From: Macrostomum hystrix
Taxonomy: Eukaryota; Animalia; Platyhelminthes
NCBI GenBank assembly: GCA_950097015.1
Contig: CATNEN010000039.1
Location: 13,764,001 to 13,828,000 of the forward strand
Direction of reading: 5' to 3'
Length of the DNA stretch: 64,000 bases
The notes under the pieces were generated by a model. That model was not told the origin of the DNA. It did not search any database and was given only the letters and a program-made list of their open reading frames with translations. Positions within the stretch are counted from its first letter, which is position 1. Every line of letters starts with the position of its first letter. The position numbers and the translations under genes are program-made. Shown here one piece after another: positions 39,601-51,299 of the stretch.

Positions 39601-42600
39601 ATCTGATCATCAAACGGGAAGAACGTGATGTCCAGCTTACAGGAGCTCATGAAGCGAACAATTGGAGGCCAGAATACTTCGCCGCCGCTAGAGACCATGG
39701 CTAGAGACTTGTGATAGGTTCTGGACTGGTCCTCGACGCTGAGGATTAAGGTTTCAATGTTGGCTTTCTCTTATTGAAAAGATAAGATGGCAATCGGATT
39801 CTGGAATCGTCTCTAGCAATCGGATTCTGGAATCGCTCTAGCAATCGGATTCTGGAATCGTCTCAAGCAATCGGATTCTGGAATCGGCTCTAGCAATCGG
39901 ACTCTGGAATCTTCTCTAGCAATAGGACTCCGGAATCGTCTCAAGCAATCGGATTCTGGAATCGCTCTAGCAATAGTACTCTGGAATCGTCTCTAGCAAT
40001 AGTACTCTGGAATCGTCTCTAGCAATAGTACTCTGGAATCGTCTCTAGCAATAGGACTCTGGAATCGTCTTAAGCAATAGGACTCTGGAATCGTCTCAAG
40101 CAATAGGACTCTGGAATCGTCTCAAGCAATAGGACTCTGGAATCGTCTTAAGCAATAGGACTCTGGAATCGTCTCAAGCAATAGGACTCTGGAATCGTCT
40201 CAAGCAATAGGACTCTGGAATCGTCTCAAGCAATCGGATTCTGGAATCGTCTCAAGCAATCGGACTCTGGAATCGTCTCTAGCAATCGAATTCTGGAATC
40301 GTCTCTAGCAATCGGATTCTGGAATCGTCTCTAGCAATCGGACTCTGGAATCTTCTCTAGCAATAGGACTCCGGAATCGTCTCAAGCAATCGGATTCTGG
40401 AATCGCTCTAGCAATAGTACTCTGGAATCGTCTCTAGCAATAGTACTCTGGAATCGTCTCTAGCAATAGTACTCTGGAATCGTCTCTAGCAATAGGACTC
40501 TGGAATCGTCTCAAGCAATAGGACTCTGGAATCGTCTCAAGCAATAGGACTTTGGAATCGTCTCAACCAATCGGACTCTGGAATCGTCTCAAGCAATCGG
40601 ATTCTGGAATCGTCTCTAGCCATCGGACTCTGGAATCGTCTCAAGCAATAGGACTCTGGAATCGAACTTTTCCAGATTAATAATTTGAGCTCAGCTCTGG
40701 CTAATAAAATTATCCTTCAAATTCTTGTTCAGCTGGGCAAATTAAATGTCTGACTGCAATCTCTAAACCATTCCTTAGCCAGCACAGCGGAGTCCCAATG
40801 TAGATTATGACATTAATTTCCCCGGGAATGATGCGCGCCTATGAATTCGCAGTATCTTCTATGATTTCCTTTTCCCATTTTTATCCCACGACGAAAGATG
40901 GGAGGCTATAGGGGATTATATTGGACGCCTATCTCAATGAGAAACAGACAGTGTAATGCAAACTTAACGCGAGAATACTCCGTACTAGTACTACTCGAGA
41001 CCAAAAATGCAGCATGCTGGCACTAGCGAATTTCCTGCTCAAATTAATTATTAAGCTGTTCAAAACGAAAATTTCTTGAATTACACAGAGGGGCGTCTGA
41101 AGTCTGCATGTCTGCAAAAATATCATTGACCCACTCACTCTATCCTTGACCCACTCGCTCAATCCTTGACCCACTCACTCTATCCTTGACTCACTTACTC
41201 TATCCTTGCCCACACACTCTATCCTTGACCCACTCACTCTATTCTAGACCCACACACTCTATCCTTGACCCACTCACTCTATCCTTGACCCACACACTCT
41301 ATCCTTGATCCACTCACTCTATCCTTGACCCACTCACTCTATCCTTGACTCACTTACTCTATCCTTGCCCACACACTCTATCCTTGACCCACTCACTCTA
41401 TCCTTGACCCACTCACTCTATCCTTGATCCACTCACTCTATCCTTGACCCACACACTCTATCCTTGACCCACTCACTCTATCCTTGACCCACTCACTCTA
41501 TCCTTGACCCACACACTCTATCCTTGACCCACTCACTCTATCCTTGACCCACTCACTCTATCCTTGACCCACACACTCTATCCTTGACCCACACACTCCA
41601 TCCTTGACCTACTCACTCTATCCTTGACCCACTCACTCCATCCTTGACCCACTCGCTCTATCCTTGACTCACTCACTCTATCCTTGACCTACTCACTCCA
41701 TCCTTGACCCACACACTCTATCCTTGACCCACTCGCTCTATCCTTGACTCACTCACTCTATCCTTGACCCACTCACTCCATCCTTGACCCACACACTCTA
41801 TCCTTGACCCACTCACTCTATCCTTGACCCACTCACTCTATCCTTGACCGACTCACTCTATCCTTGACCCACACACTCCATCTTTGACCCACACACTCTA
41901 TCCATGACTCACCTATTGTACAGGACTATATCCGGCAGCCAGAGCAGATCGCACGGTATTCTCAGCTTTGAGAAGTTTGCATACTCGTCTGGTTGCCAAG
42001 CCAGCCTTGGATCCAGCCACGACTGCGGATTGAAGAAGGAGTTAATTAGGGCGAGAGTTTTAGCATTGTGTTGGGTCAAGTTACCGGCGTTGGTAGGAGT
42101 GGATAGTTGAGATGGTAGAGTGGATTGTAGAGTGCATGATAGAGTATATGGTAGATAGTATAGTAGAGTGGATGGTCTGTTTTCTAAGAAACCACACTGT
42201 AAGGTTTCTAAGAATCCATACTTTCTGGTTTCTAAGAATCCATACTTTCTGGTTTCTAAGAATCCATGCCGTCAGCTTTCTAAGAATCCATATTGTTAGA
42301 TTTCTAAGAATCTTTACTGAGAGGAAAAAAGATGAAAGCAAATCTTGCAAACTTGCCTGATCTAGCCAAACGTTGGTTGCCAGCACTTGGTTTCTCTCGT
42401 CCTGCAAGATGCAAGGATGCAAGGTGGGTCAAGGTTGGAGTGAGTGGGTCAAGGATGGAGTGAGTGGATCAAGGATAGAGTGAGTAGGTCAAGGATGGAG
42501 TGAGTGGATCAAGGATGGAGTGAGTAGGTCAAGGATGGAGTGAGTGGGTCAAGGATGGAGTGAGTAGGTCAAGGATAGAGTGAGTGGATCAAGGATGGAG

Positions 42601-45600
42601 TGAGTAGGTCAAGGATAGAGTGAGTGGATCAAGGATAGAGTGAGTAGGTCAAGGATAGAATGAGTGGATCAAGGATAGAGTGAGTGGGTCAAGGATAGAG
42701 TGTGTGGGTCAAGGATAGAGTGAGTGGGTCAAGGATCGAGTGAGTGGATCAAGGATGGAGTGAGTGGATCAAGGATAGAGTGAGTTGGTCAAGGATAGAG
42801 TTTGTGGGTCAAGGATGGAGTGAGTGGGTCAAGGATGGAGTGAGTAGGTCAAGGATAGAGTGAGTGGATCAAGGATGGAGTGAGTAGGTCAAGGATAGAG
42901 TGAGTGGGTCAAGGATAGAGTGAGTAGGTCAAGGATAGAATGAGTGGATCAAGGATAGAGTGAGTGGGTCAAGGATAGAGTGTGTGGGTCAAGGATAGAG
43001 TGAGTGGGTCAAGGATCGAGTGAGTGGATCAAGGATGGAGTGAGTGGATCAAGGATAGAGTGAGTGGGTCAAGGATAGAGTGTGTGGGTCAAGGATGGAG
43101 TGAGTGGGTCAAGGATGGAGTGAGTAGGTCAAGGATAGAGTGAGTAGGTCAAGGATGGAGTGAGTGGATCAAGGATGGAGTGAGTGGATCAAGGATAGAG
43201 TGAGTAGGTCAAGGATAGAGTGAGTAGGTCAAGGATGGAGTGAGTGGGTCAAGGATGGAGTGAGTAGGTCAAGGATAGAGTGAGTGGATCAAGGATGGAG
43301 TGAGTAGGTCAAGGATAGAGTGAGTGGGTCAAGGATAGAGTGAGTAGGTCAAGGATAGAATGAGTGGATCAAGGATAGAGTGAGTGGGTCAAGGATAGAG
43401 TGTGTGGGTCAAGGATAGAGTGAGTGGGTCAAGGATCGAGTGAGTGGATCAAGGATGGAGTGAGTGGATCAAGGATAGAGTGAGTTGGTCAAGGATAGAG
43501 TGTGTGGGTCAAGGATGGAGTGAGTGGGTCAAGGATGGAGTGAGTAGGTCAAGGATAGAGTGAGTGGATCAAGGATGGAGTGAGTGGATCAAGGATGGAG
43601 TGAGTGGGTCAAGGATAGAGTGAGTAGGTCAAGGATAGAATGAGTGGATCAAGGATAGAGTGAGTGGGTCAAGGATAGAGTGTGTGGGTCAAGGATAGAG
43701 TGAGTGGGTCAAGGATCGAGTGAGTGGGTTAAGGATAGAGCGAGTGGGTCAAGGATAGAGCGAGTGGGTCAAGGATAGAGTGTGTGGGTCAAGGAAGTAT
43801 GCGGGCATAAGAGATTTTTGGGATTTTATGGGATTCGGATTCTGGGATTTAGGGATTGGAGATTCGGGATTTCGAGAAGAGTGGCACTCAATGATAGCTA
43901 TAGGGCGTTCAAATCCCGATTTGGTGGCAAAAAGCTTTAAACTAGAAAATAAAACGCACGAGTTTAATTACTGGTAATTAATTTTTGGAGGGATTTGTGA
44001 AAGACGGACTAATTAATATAGCCTGAGGCGACTTTCCCGACCCCATCCATCCCAATCTTCAGCTCGAAATTCGGGACCCCATTAGTGATATGTTGCTGCG
44101 AATGGGGGATGTTGAAGACTAGTCCAATTTCTGTACCATCTGCTGTTAATAACCATGAATTTATGTGACGTCAATACATAAATATGTGCATGAACGGGGC
44201 CCAATTATACAGACTTATTCACTATTAGTCTAATAATTAAAAACGTGCCATTTGTGAGCCACTTTTACCTTCTGGAATATGTAAAGGCGAATACTATACT
44301 TTTAAACAGTTACTTAAAGTGCTTTTATTTCAATTTTAGTGTACTGTCTGACTGATTTTAAAAAATAGAACTGAAATTTAAAAGGCTACATTTACTGAGA
44401 ACCTTAAAAACTGTTAAAATAAAACTGAAATGTGTCTCTAAATTAAAAAAATTCTGATTGAATAAAAATATTGAAAGCCTAGTTCGGAGAGGGGCGAGAT
44501 GACATGGGGGAGATGGAGGACGAGACATGGGAGAGATGAGACATGGGAGAGATGAGACATGGGAGAGATGAGATATGGGAGAGATGAGACATGGGAGAGA
44601 TGAGATATGGGAGAGATGAGACATGGGAGAGATGAGACATGGGAGAGACGAGACATGGGAGAGATGAGACATGGGAGAGATGAGACACGGGAGAGATGAG
44701 ACATGGGAGAGATGAGACATGGGAGAGATGAGACATGGGAGAGACGAGACATGGGAGAGATGAGACACGCGAGAGATGAGACATGGGAGAGATGAGACAT
44801 GGGAGAGATGAGACATGGGAGAGATGAGACACGGGAGAGATGTGACATGGGAGAGATGAGACATGGGAGAGATGAGACATGGGAGAGATGAGACATGGGA
44901 GAGATGAGACACGGGAGAGATGAGACATGGGAGAGATGAGACATGGGAGAGATGAGACATGGGAGAGACGAGACATGGGAGAGATGAGACACGCGAGAGA
45001 TGAGACATGGGAGAGATGAGACATGGGAGAGATGAGACATGGGAGAGACGAGACATGGGAGAGATGAGACATGGGAGAGATGAGACACGGGAGAGATGAG
45101 ACATGGGAGAGATGAGACATGGGAGAGACGAGACATGGGAGAGATGAGACATGGGAGAGATGAGACATGGGAGAGATGAGACACGGGAGAGATGAGACAT
45201 GGGAGAGATAAGACATGGGAGAGACGAGACATGGGAGAGACGAGACATGGGAGAGATGAGACATGGGAGAGATGAGACACGGGAGAGATGAGACATGGGC
45301 GAGATGAGACATGGGAGAGATGAGACATGGGAGAGATGAGACATGGGAGAGATGAGACATGGGAGAGATGAGACATGGGAGAGATGAGACATGGGAGAGA
45401 TGAGACACGGGAGAGATGAGACATGGGAGAGATGAGACATGGGAGAGATGAGACACGGGAGAGATGAGACATGGGAGAGATGAGAGAATTAGACAGAGTG
45501 AATATGAGACAGAATATTTATCGTAAATTTTATCATTTCAATGAATCAAAAGTGTTTGAAAAAAAACACTTTAAATAACTGTTGCAATTAAAAGCAGTGC

Positions 45601-48104
45601 TGACTCACAATGTCACTGATCATGTTGAGGCTGATCCCCAGACTAATGTTTACAGGCTGTGCTGAGTCAAGTACTGGCCGAACCTTTCTGTCATAGTCTT
45701 TGAGCAGGACTCGAAATAGGCGCTGCTCCGTGGACTCGTGCCTTGTTACCGGCGTGGCTTGGCCATAGACTATGACTGAAAAAGAGACATTTTCTGAATC
45801 ACTCTTTTGTCAAGTATGAATTATTATTAAATCATAATGATGTCCATAGACTATCCATGTCCATAGACAATACGTACGTGGCCTTCTATTCTGCTTCTAC
45901 TTTATAAACATTAACGTGTCTAACAGGATCGTGTTTATCTAACAGGATTGCGTTTATATAACGGGATTGTGTTTATCCATCAGGATTGTGTATCTAACAG
46001 GATTGTGTTTGTCTAACAGGATTGTGTATCTAACAGGATTGTGTTTATCTAACAGGATTGTGTTTATCTAACAGGATTGTGTAACTAACAGGACTGTGTT
46101 TATCTAACAGGATTGTGTTTATCTAACAGGATTGTGTTTATTTAACAGAATTGTGTTTATCTAACAGGATTGTGTTTATCTAACAGGATTGTGTTTATCT
46201 AACAGGATTGTGTTTATCTAACAGGATTGTATTAATCTAACAGGATTGTGTTTATCTAACAGGATTGTGTATCTAACAGGATTGTGTTTATCTAACAGGA
46301 TTGTGTTTATCTAACAGGATTGTGTATCTAACAGGATTGTGTTTATCTAACAGGATTGTGTTTATCTAACAGGATTGTGTTTATCTAACAGGATTGTGTT
46401 GAATTAACAGGATTGTGTTTATCTAACAGGATTGTGTTTATCTAACAGGATTATGTTTATCTAACAGGATTGTATTTATCTAACAGGATTGTGTTTATCT
46501 AACAGGATTGTGTTTACCTAACAGGATTGTGTTTATATAACAGGATTGTGTTTATCTAACAGGATTGTGTTTACCTAACAGGATTGTGTTTATATAACAG
46601 GATTGTGTTTATCTAACAGGATTGTGTATCTAACAGGATTTTGTTTATCTAACAGGATTGTGTTTATCTAACAGGATCATGTTTATCTAACAGGATTGTA
46701 TATCGAACAGGATTGTGTATCGAACAAGATTGTGTTTATTAAACAGGATTGTGTATCTAACAAGATTGTGTTTATCAAACAGGATTGTGTATCGAACAAG
46801 ATTGTGTATATCAAAGAGAAATGTGTATCTAACAGGATTGTGTATCTAACAGGATTGTGTTTATCTTCTAGTATTTGACATAGTTATCTAATTATGACAA
46901 TTTAGATTGTGGTAATCTAAAAAATGTAACCAAGAGAATGTTTCCAAATACACTTTATATAAGAAGAAGAGGTTTAGGTACTTTCAAACGTCCTCCAGAT
47001 TAACATTTCTTGAGTAGGGTTACTTGATACAAGAAAAATCTGACTTCAGGTTGATTCTATTTTGAATTCTCGATCGTTTCGCTGATTGCCATGCAGGTTT
47101 TTTATGCCTGTTTGGCTGTCTGACATGATAGAACGGCAAATTGAGCTGGCTAAATCAATTTGCTAAGTATCGATTTCGATAGAAGAAAGATTTTGTCTTG
47201 CATCTAGAAATCAATACTATTGAATCTTTCCTTTGTAATCCGCTGTTTTAAATATACTATTTATTATCTTAAATATATGATCTTGTCTCTCAAATCTCTG
47301 ATCTCTTCTCTCAAACCCCCGATCTCTTCTCTCAAATCCCCGATCTCTTCTCTCAAACCCCCGATCTCTTCTCTCAAATCTCTGATCTCTTCTCTCAAAT
47401 CTCTGATCTCTTCTCTCAAACCCCCGATCTCTTCTCCCAAATCTCTGATCTCTTCTCTCAAATCTCTGATCTCTTCTCTCAAACCCCCGATCTCTTCTCC
47501 CAAATCTCTGATCTCTTCTCTCAAATCTCTGATCTCTTCTCTCAAATCTCTGATCTCTTCTCTCAAACCCCCGATCTCTTCTCCCAAATCTCTGATCTCT
47601 TCTCTCAAATCTCTGATCTCTTCTCTCAAACCCCCGATCTCTTCTCTCAAATCTCTGATCTCTTCTCTCAAATCTCTGATCTCTTCTCTCAAATCTCTGA
47701 TCTCTTCTCTCAAACCCCCGATCTCTTCTCCCAAATCTCTGATCTCTTCTCTCAAATCTCTGATCTCTTCTCTCAAACCCATCATCCTTGTAACTTTTCA
47801 TCAACTCAAAATTGAAGAGTTCAACTCTTCAAGTACAAAATCGCTGGCTGGTACAAAAAACAAACAGCATAATTCATTCCTTCACCAGCTCGAATAAAAA
47901 ATCTAATCTAGGCACGATTAACTAACCTCATAAAAATGAAGAGATTTTTGGTAAAATTCAAAAGAAATCGGAAATGGGATTCTCAAACCAAAATGGAAGC
48001 GAGATGAGTGACAGATAGATGCACTCACAGCGCGTGCAGAGCAGAACGGAAATTAACCAAATCATGGTTAAGCCGATGAAGCTTCTCTGACAGGCAGACG
48101 ACAT
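36614..48104 (-). CDS. Nicotinic acetylcholine receptor alpha subunit, cation-type (alpha9/10-like lineage uncertain); exons ~48104-48029, 45775-45609, 42401-42357, 42022-41913, 39738-39558, 39025-38864, 38596-38402, 37381-36614
   Basis: Signal peptide, YDRKVRPV, DERNQVLATNVWLDQ, WLPDIVLYN, Cys-loop [26 protein letters not shown], vicinal YPCC, PPDSGEKVTLGLTVLLAYSVF and TM4 EWQLIAYVVDR. Confidence 0.93.
37665..38370. repeat. 48-bp minisatellite ctttctg(a/g)ttggttggagaagacatctacgctgtataaactgtcgatg
   Basis: Tandem units in the last nAChR intron. Confidence 0.95.
39080..39530. repeat. (CTAA)n-type microsatellite
   Basis: Tandem units read directly. Confidence 0.95.
39790..40665. repeat. 26-bp minisatellite gcaatcggattctggaatcgtctcta
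   Basis: Tandem units read directly. Confidence 0.95.
41127..41905. repeat. 20-bp minisatellite ccttgacccactcactctat
   Basis: Tandem units abutting a splice donor. Confidence 0.95.
42023..42356 (-). other. Non-canonical GC-AG intron of the nAChR gene
   Basis: The 45-nt exon ends GATCAG followed by gcaagt (+ strand acttgc at 42351-42356). The acceptor ccgcag rejoins in frame to SWLDPRL. Confidence 0.85.
42420..43795. repeat. 20-bp minisatellite atagagtgagtgggtcaagg, the reverse complement of the 41127 array
   Basis: Tandem units abutting a splice acceptor. Confidence 0.95.
44500..45485. repeat. 16-bp minisatellite gagacatgggagagat
   Basis: Tandem units read directly. Confidence 0.95.
45920..46865. 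repeat. 19/17-bp minisatellite tctaacaggattgtgttta
   Basis: Tandem units read directly. Confidence 0.95.
47280..47780. repeat. 21-bp minisatellite ctcttctctcaaatctctgat
   Basis: Tandem units read directly. Confidence 0.95.
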
Positions 48105-49211
48105 GCTGACAGACAGCTAAGTATTTTTTCTTTTGTATCTAATTGCTCAAGATCTGCTCTCTTTTTTTCTAGAACAGTGAGCGCTGTTTTAATTACTTCC
48201 TTAAATTATTGCTTTCTAAAATTCTTCGGAGTTCTAGATGAGTTAGGAAACTTTCCTTCTATCTCTGATCGCCGGCTAAAATTGTCTTCATGTGGCTGCT
48301 CCGGTTGCAAGTCATATTTGATTGAAACGACAAAGCACCCCTTATTGGTTGGTTGATGCGAGCTTTTCAACCAATGGCAAATGATTTCAATGCAAAAGAG
48401 TCAGTCTGACGTTGTTTCTATTTTTAGAAATGCTTCGAAGAAACGTCACTTAACTCATCAATTAAAAAGCTATTTTTAGAAACTGACGTCACTTCACAGG
48501 CGACAAATCTGACTGGCGAGTTTCTTGCGCAACAACCCTAGAGTCTAAACGATCGAAAATATAAAATAAAACAGTGCAGACTTTTTTGCTCAGAATCCAC
48601 ACGTCAAGGACCGTTAGAAGAAGAAAGAAGGGACACTTCGTTTCGTGGAAAATATTTCAAAGGCTGATTTTCAGGAAAAAATGCACTAGCGAGATAGGAA
48701 CTTTTCTGCACGTTTTTTCCGATTAAAATCTTGATAACAGTTTATCGGAAGCAGATCTAATGCTGTTTTTTATTAAATCTCGCAAAACTTGTTGCTTCAA
48801 CGAATTTTAGAAAGCTTCATTCATGAATATTTAAACTTTAAATTTAAAATATTTAATATATAAAAATATTAAAAATATTTAAACAAGCTATGCCTTTTTG
48901 GTTGCTATTGTGATTAATATTAAATAAAAAGAAATTATGATGAAGATCAATTATTAGCTTTTTAAAATTCATTGAAGCAGTATTATTTGCAAGATATTTT
49001 AAAAGAACATATGGTTATCAACATTTTAATGCGAAAAGTGTGCATTTTCCGTGAAAACAAGCCTTTAATAAATTTTCCAAGAAATGAAGTACCCCGTGCA
49101 GAAATGTAAGTGGAAACAAATTTTTCGTCGAAATAAACATGCCGAACGTCCTCAGTTTTCTGTATTATAGATTATAAAAAGTCGAGTAAAACGGACATCC
49201 ACTCTGCTGTT

Positions 49212-50337
49212 TCACTTAAGCTGGGCAAAAAAATCTTTCATCTCGTCTTCGGACATGCTGGAATTAGCGAAAGCCAGAACTCTCAGGGTTCCGTTGAACA
49301 TCGAATTGGCCGATGGAGTTGAGACTCTCATCCCAACATAAGCGCACAACCTGTTTGGCGTGTTGACGTATCCTTGAGTAATTGTAAGCGATGATTTTGA
49401 CAGGAAAGCGTTGTCGAGAAACAGATCATAGGAGCTTCCATTGCTAGTGCTGGCTAGTCCGATATTGATCCAATGGTCTGGACTGGCGGACAACTGGTTT
49501 ACCGACGTCCTGATGCTAGGCAGCGAAATCCCCGTGACACTATCACACCGAACGTACAGCTGTCTGGGACTATTAAATTCCCACATATGGACACCGTAGG
49601 ACGCATTGCTGCCTAAAGTGCTGCATTCGATGAACTCGAAAAACGGCTGCACCTGCGGCTGCCGCTTGAGCCTCAGCAGCCAGGTGAGGCCGGTGGTGAA
49701 GCTGATGCTGGACTTGTTCAGCACTGCATAGGCTGCTGAGCCATCGAACACAGCGCCTTCGCTGCTCCACTGAACAGCCACTGGGTGCAGGCGGTTCGTG
49801 TCCTCATCGGCCTGGCACACCAGGTTCTCCAGTCTGCTCACCTCACCTGCCAGCCACAAATTGCTGAGCTTGGCGCTGATCAGCCGGTGATCGATTGGAA
49901 ATCGGAAGAGCACGGAGCAGCTGGGCCACTTTCCGGTCGTCAGACTGCGACACACCGACTGGAAGGTGAAGACGGAGCAGGTGCGGGCGAGATGGTCGAA
50001 CTGCGCCACCAGAGCTCCGGTCGGCAGCTTCTCGTCGGCCGTCATCACGCAGTGAGCCTCCGTGACGACAGCGAATCGATGGACGGTAGCAGCAGCCGAG
50101 CTCTGGGGAGCGCAGCCCACATCCGGCCGCCTCCAGACGGACACTCGGTTGACGATCAACGCGTCGCAATGGGCCAGCGCGATGGCGATGCTCAGGAATG
50201 CGACAATCACAAAACTACTGATTGGCACTGAAACAATTCAAAAAATACTTAAGGAATTCCAAGAAGAACTCTCAGAGTGTCAGATGTATTCAAGTCAAAG
50301 TATGGATATTGTGCCCGTCGGTTTTACCTTCGGTCAT
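49212..50337 (-). CDS. Secreted PAN/Apple-like plus LamG/concanavalin-A-like protein, paralog A; 10-nt first exon at 50328-50337
   Basis: ATGACCGAAG|gt...ag|TGCCA gives MTEVPISSF and a hydrophobic signal peptide. A Cys-rich segment is followed by GAVFDGSAAYAVL...W.NIG...FNGTLRVLAFANSSMSEDEM, a LamG_3-like pattern. The domain call is by eye. Confidence 0.7.
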
Positions 50338-51299
50338 TGTGCGAGCTAGCCGTTAACTGCAGGTTGGTTTCTAAGAGTCGAATCGTTTTTAGTGATGGAA
50401 CAGACGTTTATTATACTCCTCTGGCAGTTTTATGAACTGTCTGTTAGCTCGCTTTAAAATGTGAAGATAACGTTTCGAGTATTTGGCAAACAGCAAACAT
50501 TGCAGACGGACATCTTGACAGACCACTTCACACACGCAGTTTATGGCGATGCACTTGTCATGGCTAGTCGAAAGTATCGACTAGTTAATTTACATTTTGC
50601 GATATGAGTTTGAATTTACCGGAGCTGTTTGGTTGTTGTCAGTCAAGCGAAAATAAATTTATGGGACAAGCGCACCCAGGGTCCTTGTAGAGAGATGTTA
50701 TTTGGTGTCTCAATATTGTGGCAGGGTCTAGTATAGTACGAAAGAAAATTACTTACAAAAATTGTAATCGTGATGGAACTGGTTTTTGATACAGCCATAA
50801 ATACTTGCTGGTGCAAGCTATCTTCAGACTTTAACACAGTGCTTCAACGTTTGACAGAAATTCTTGCTCATCGCAGCTGGTTGACACATTTACAATGACG
50901 TCGCTGGAGCGTTTATGGGCTGTGATTGGACGATTCGCAACACGGCCGCACTTGGTCTGAAACGCGGCAAACCTAACTCATAGATACGAAATATAACTAC
51001 TCGTAGATATGTCACTCGCTTAAACAGCGCTTTTTCTACTCTTTTTCAGTAGCAACAAAGGCTTTTCTTCGTAAAAACATTTTTTGCTTTGCAGGTCTCT
51101 AAAAGCGAAAAAAACAAATCACCCAGCTTGCAAAATGCATAAAGGCTCAATTTTTATTCAGGTTGCTTTAAAATGAGACGACAAAAATATTTATAACTGA
51201 ATTATTGCTTGCAAATGTCAGCAAATATGAACAAAACTAAAGCTCAACAACAATGCAAAAACAGAAACCTTAAAGAAACACAAATTATACTAGTTAGAT

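Noticed and set aside
11320-47780. CRISPR-like appearance of 20-48 bp repeats
   Set aside because: Units are head-to-tail without unique spacers, there are no cas genes, and the DNA is eukaryotic.
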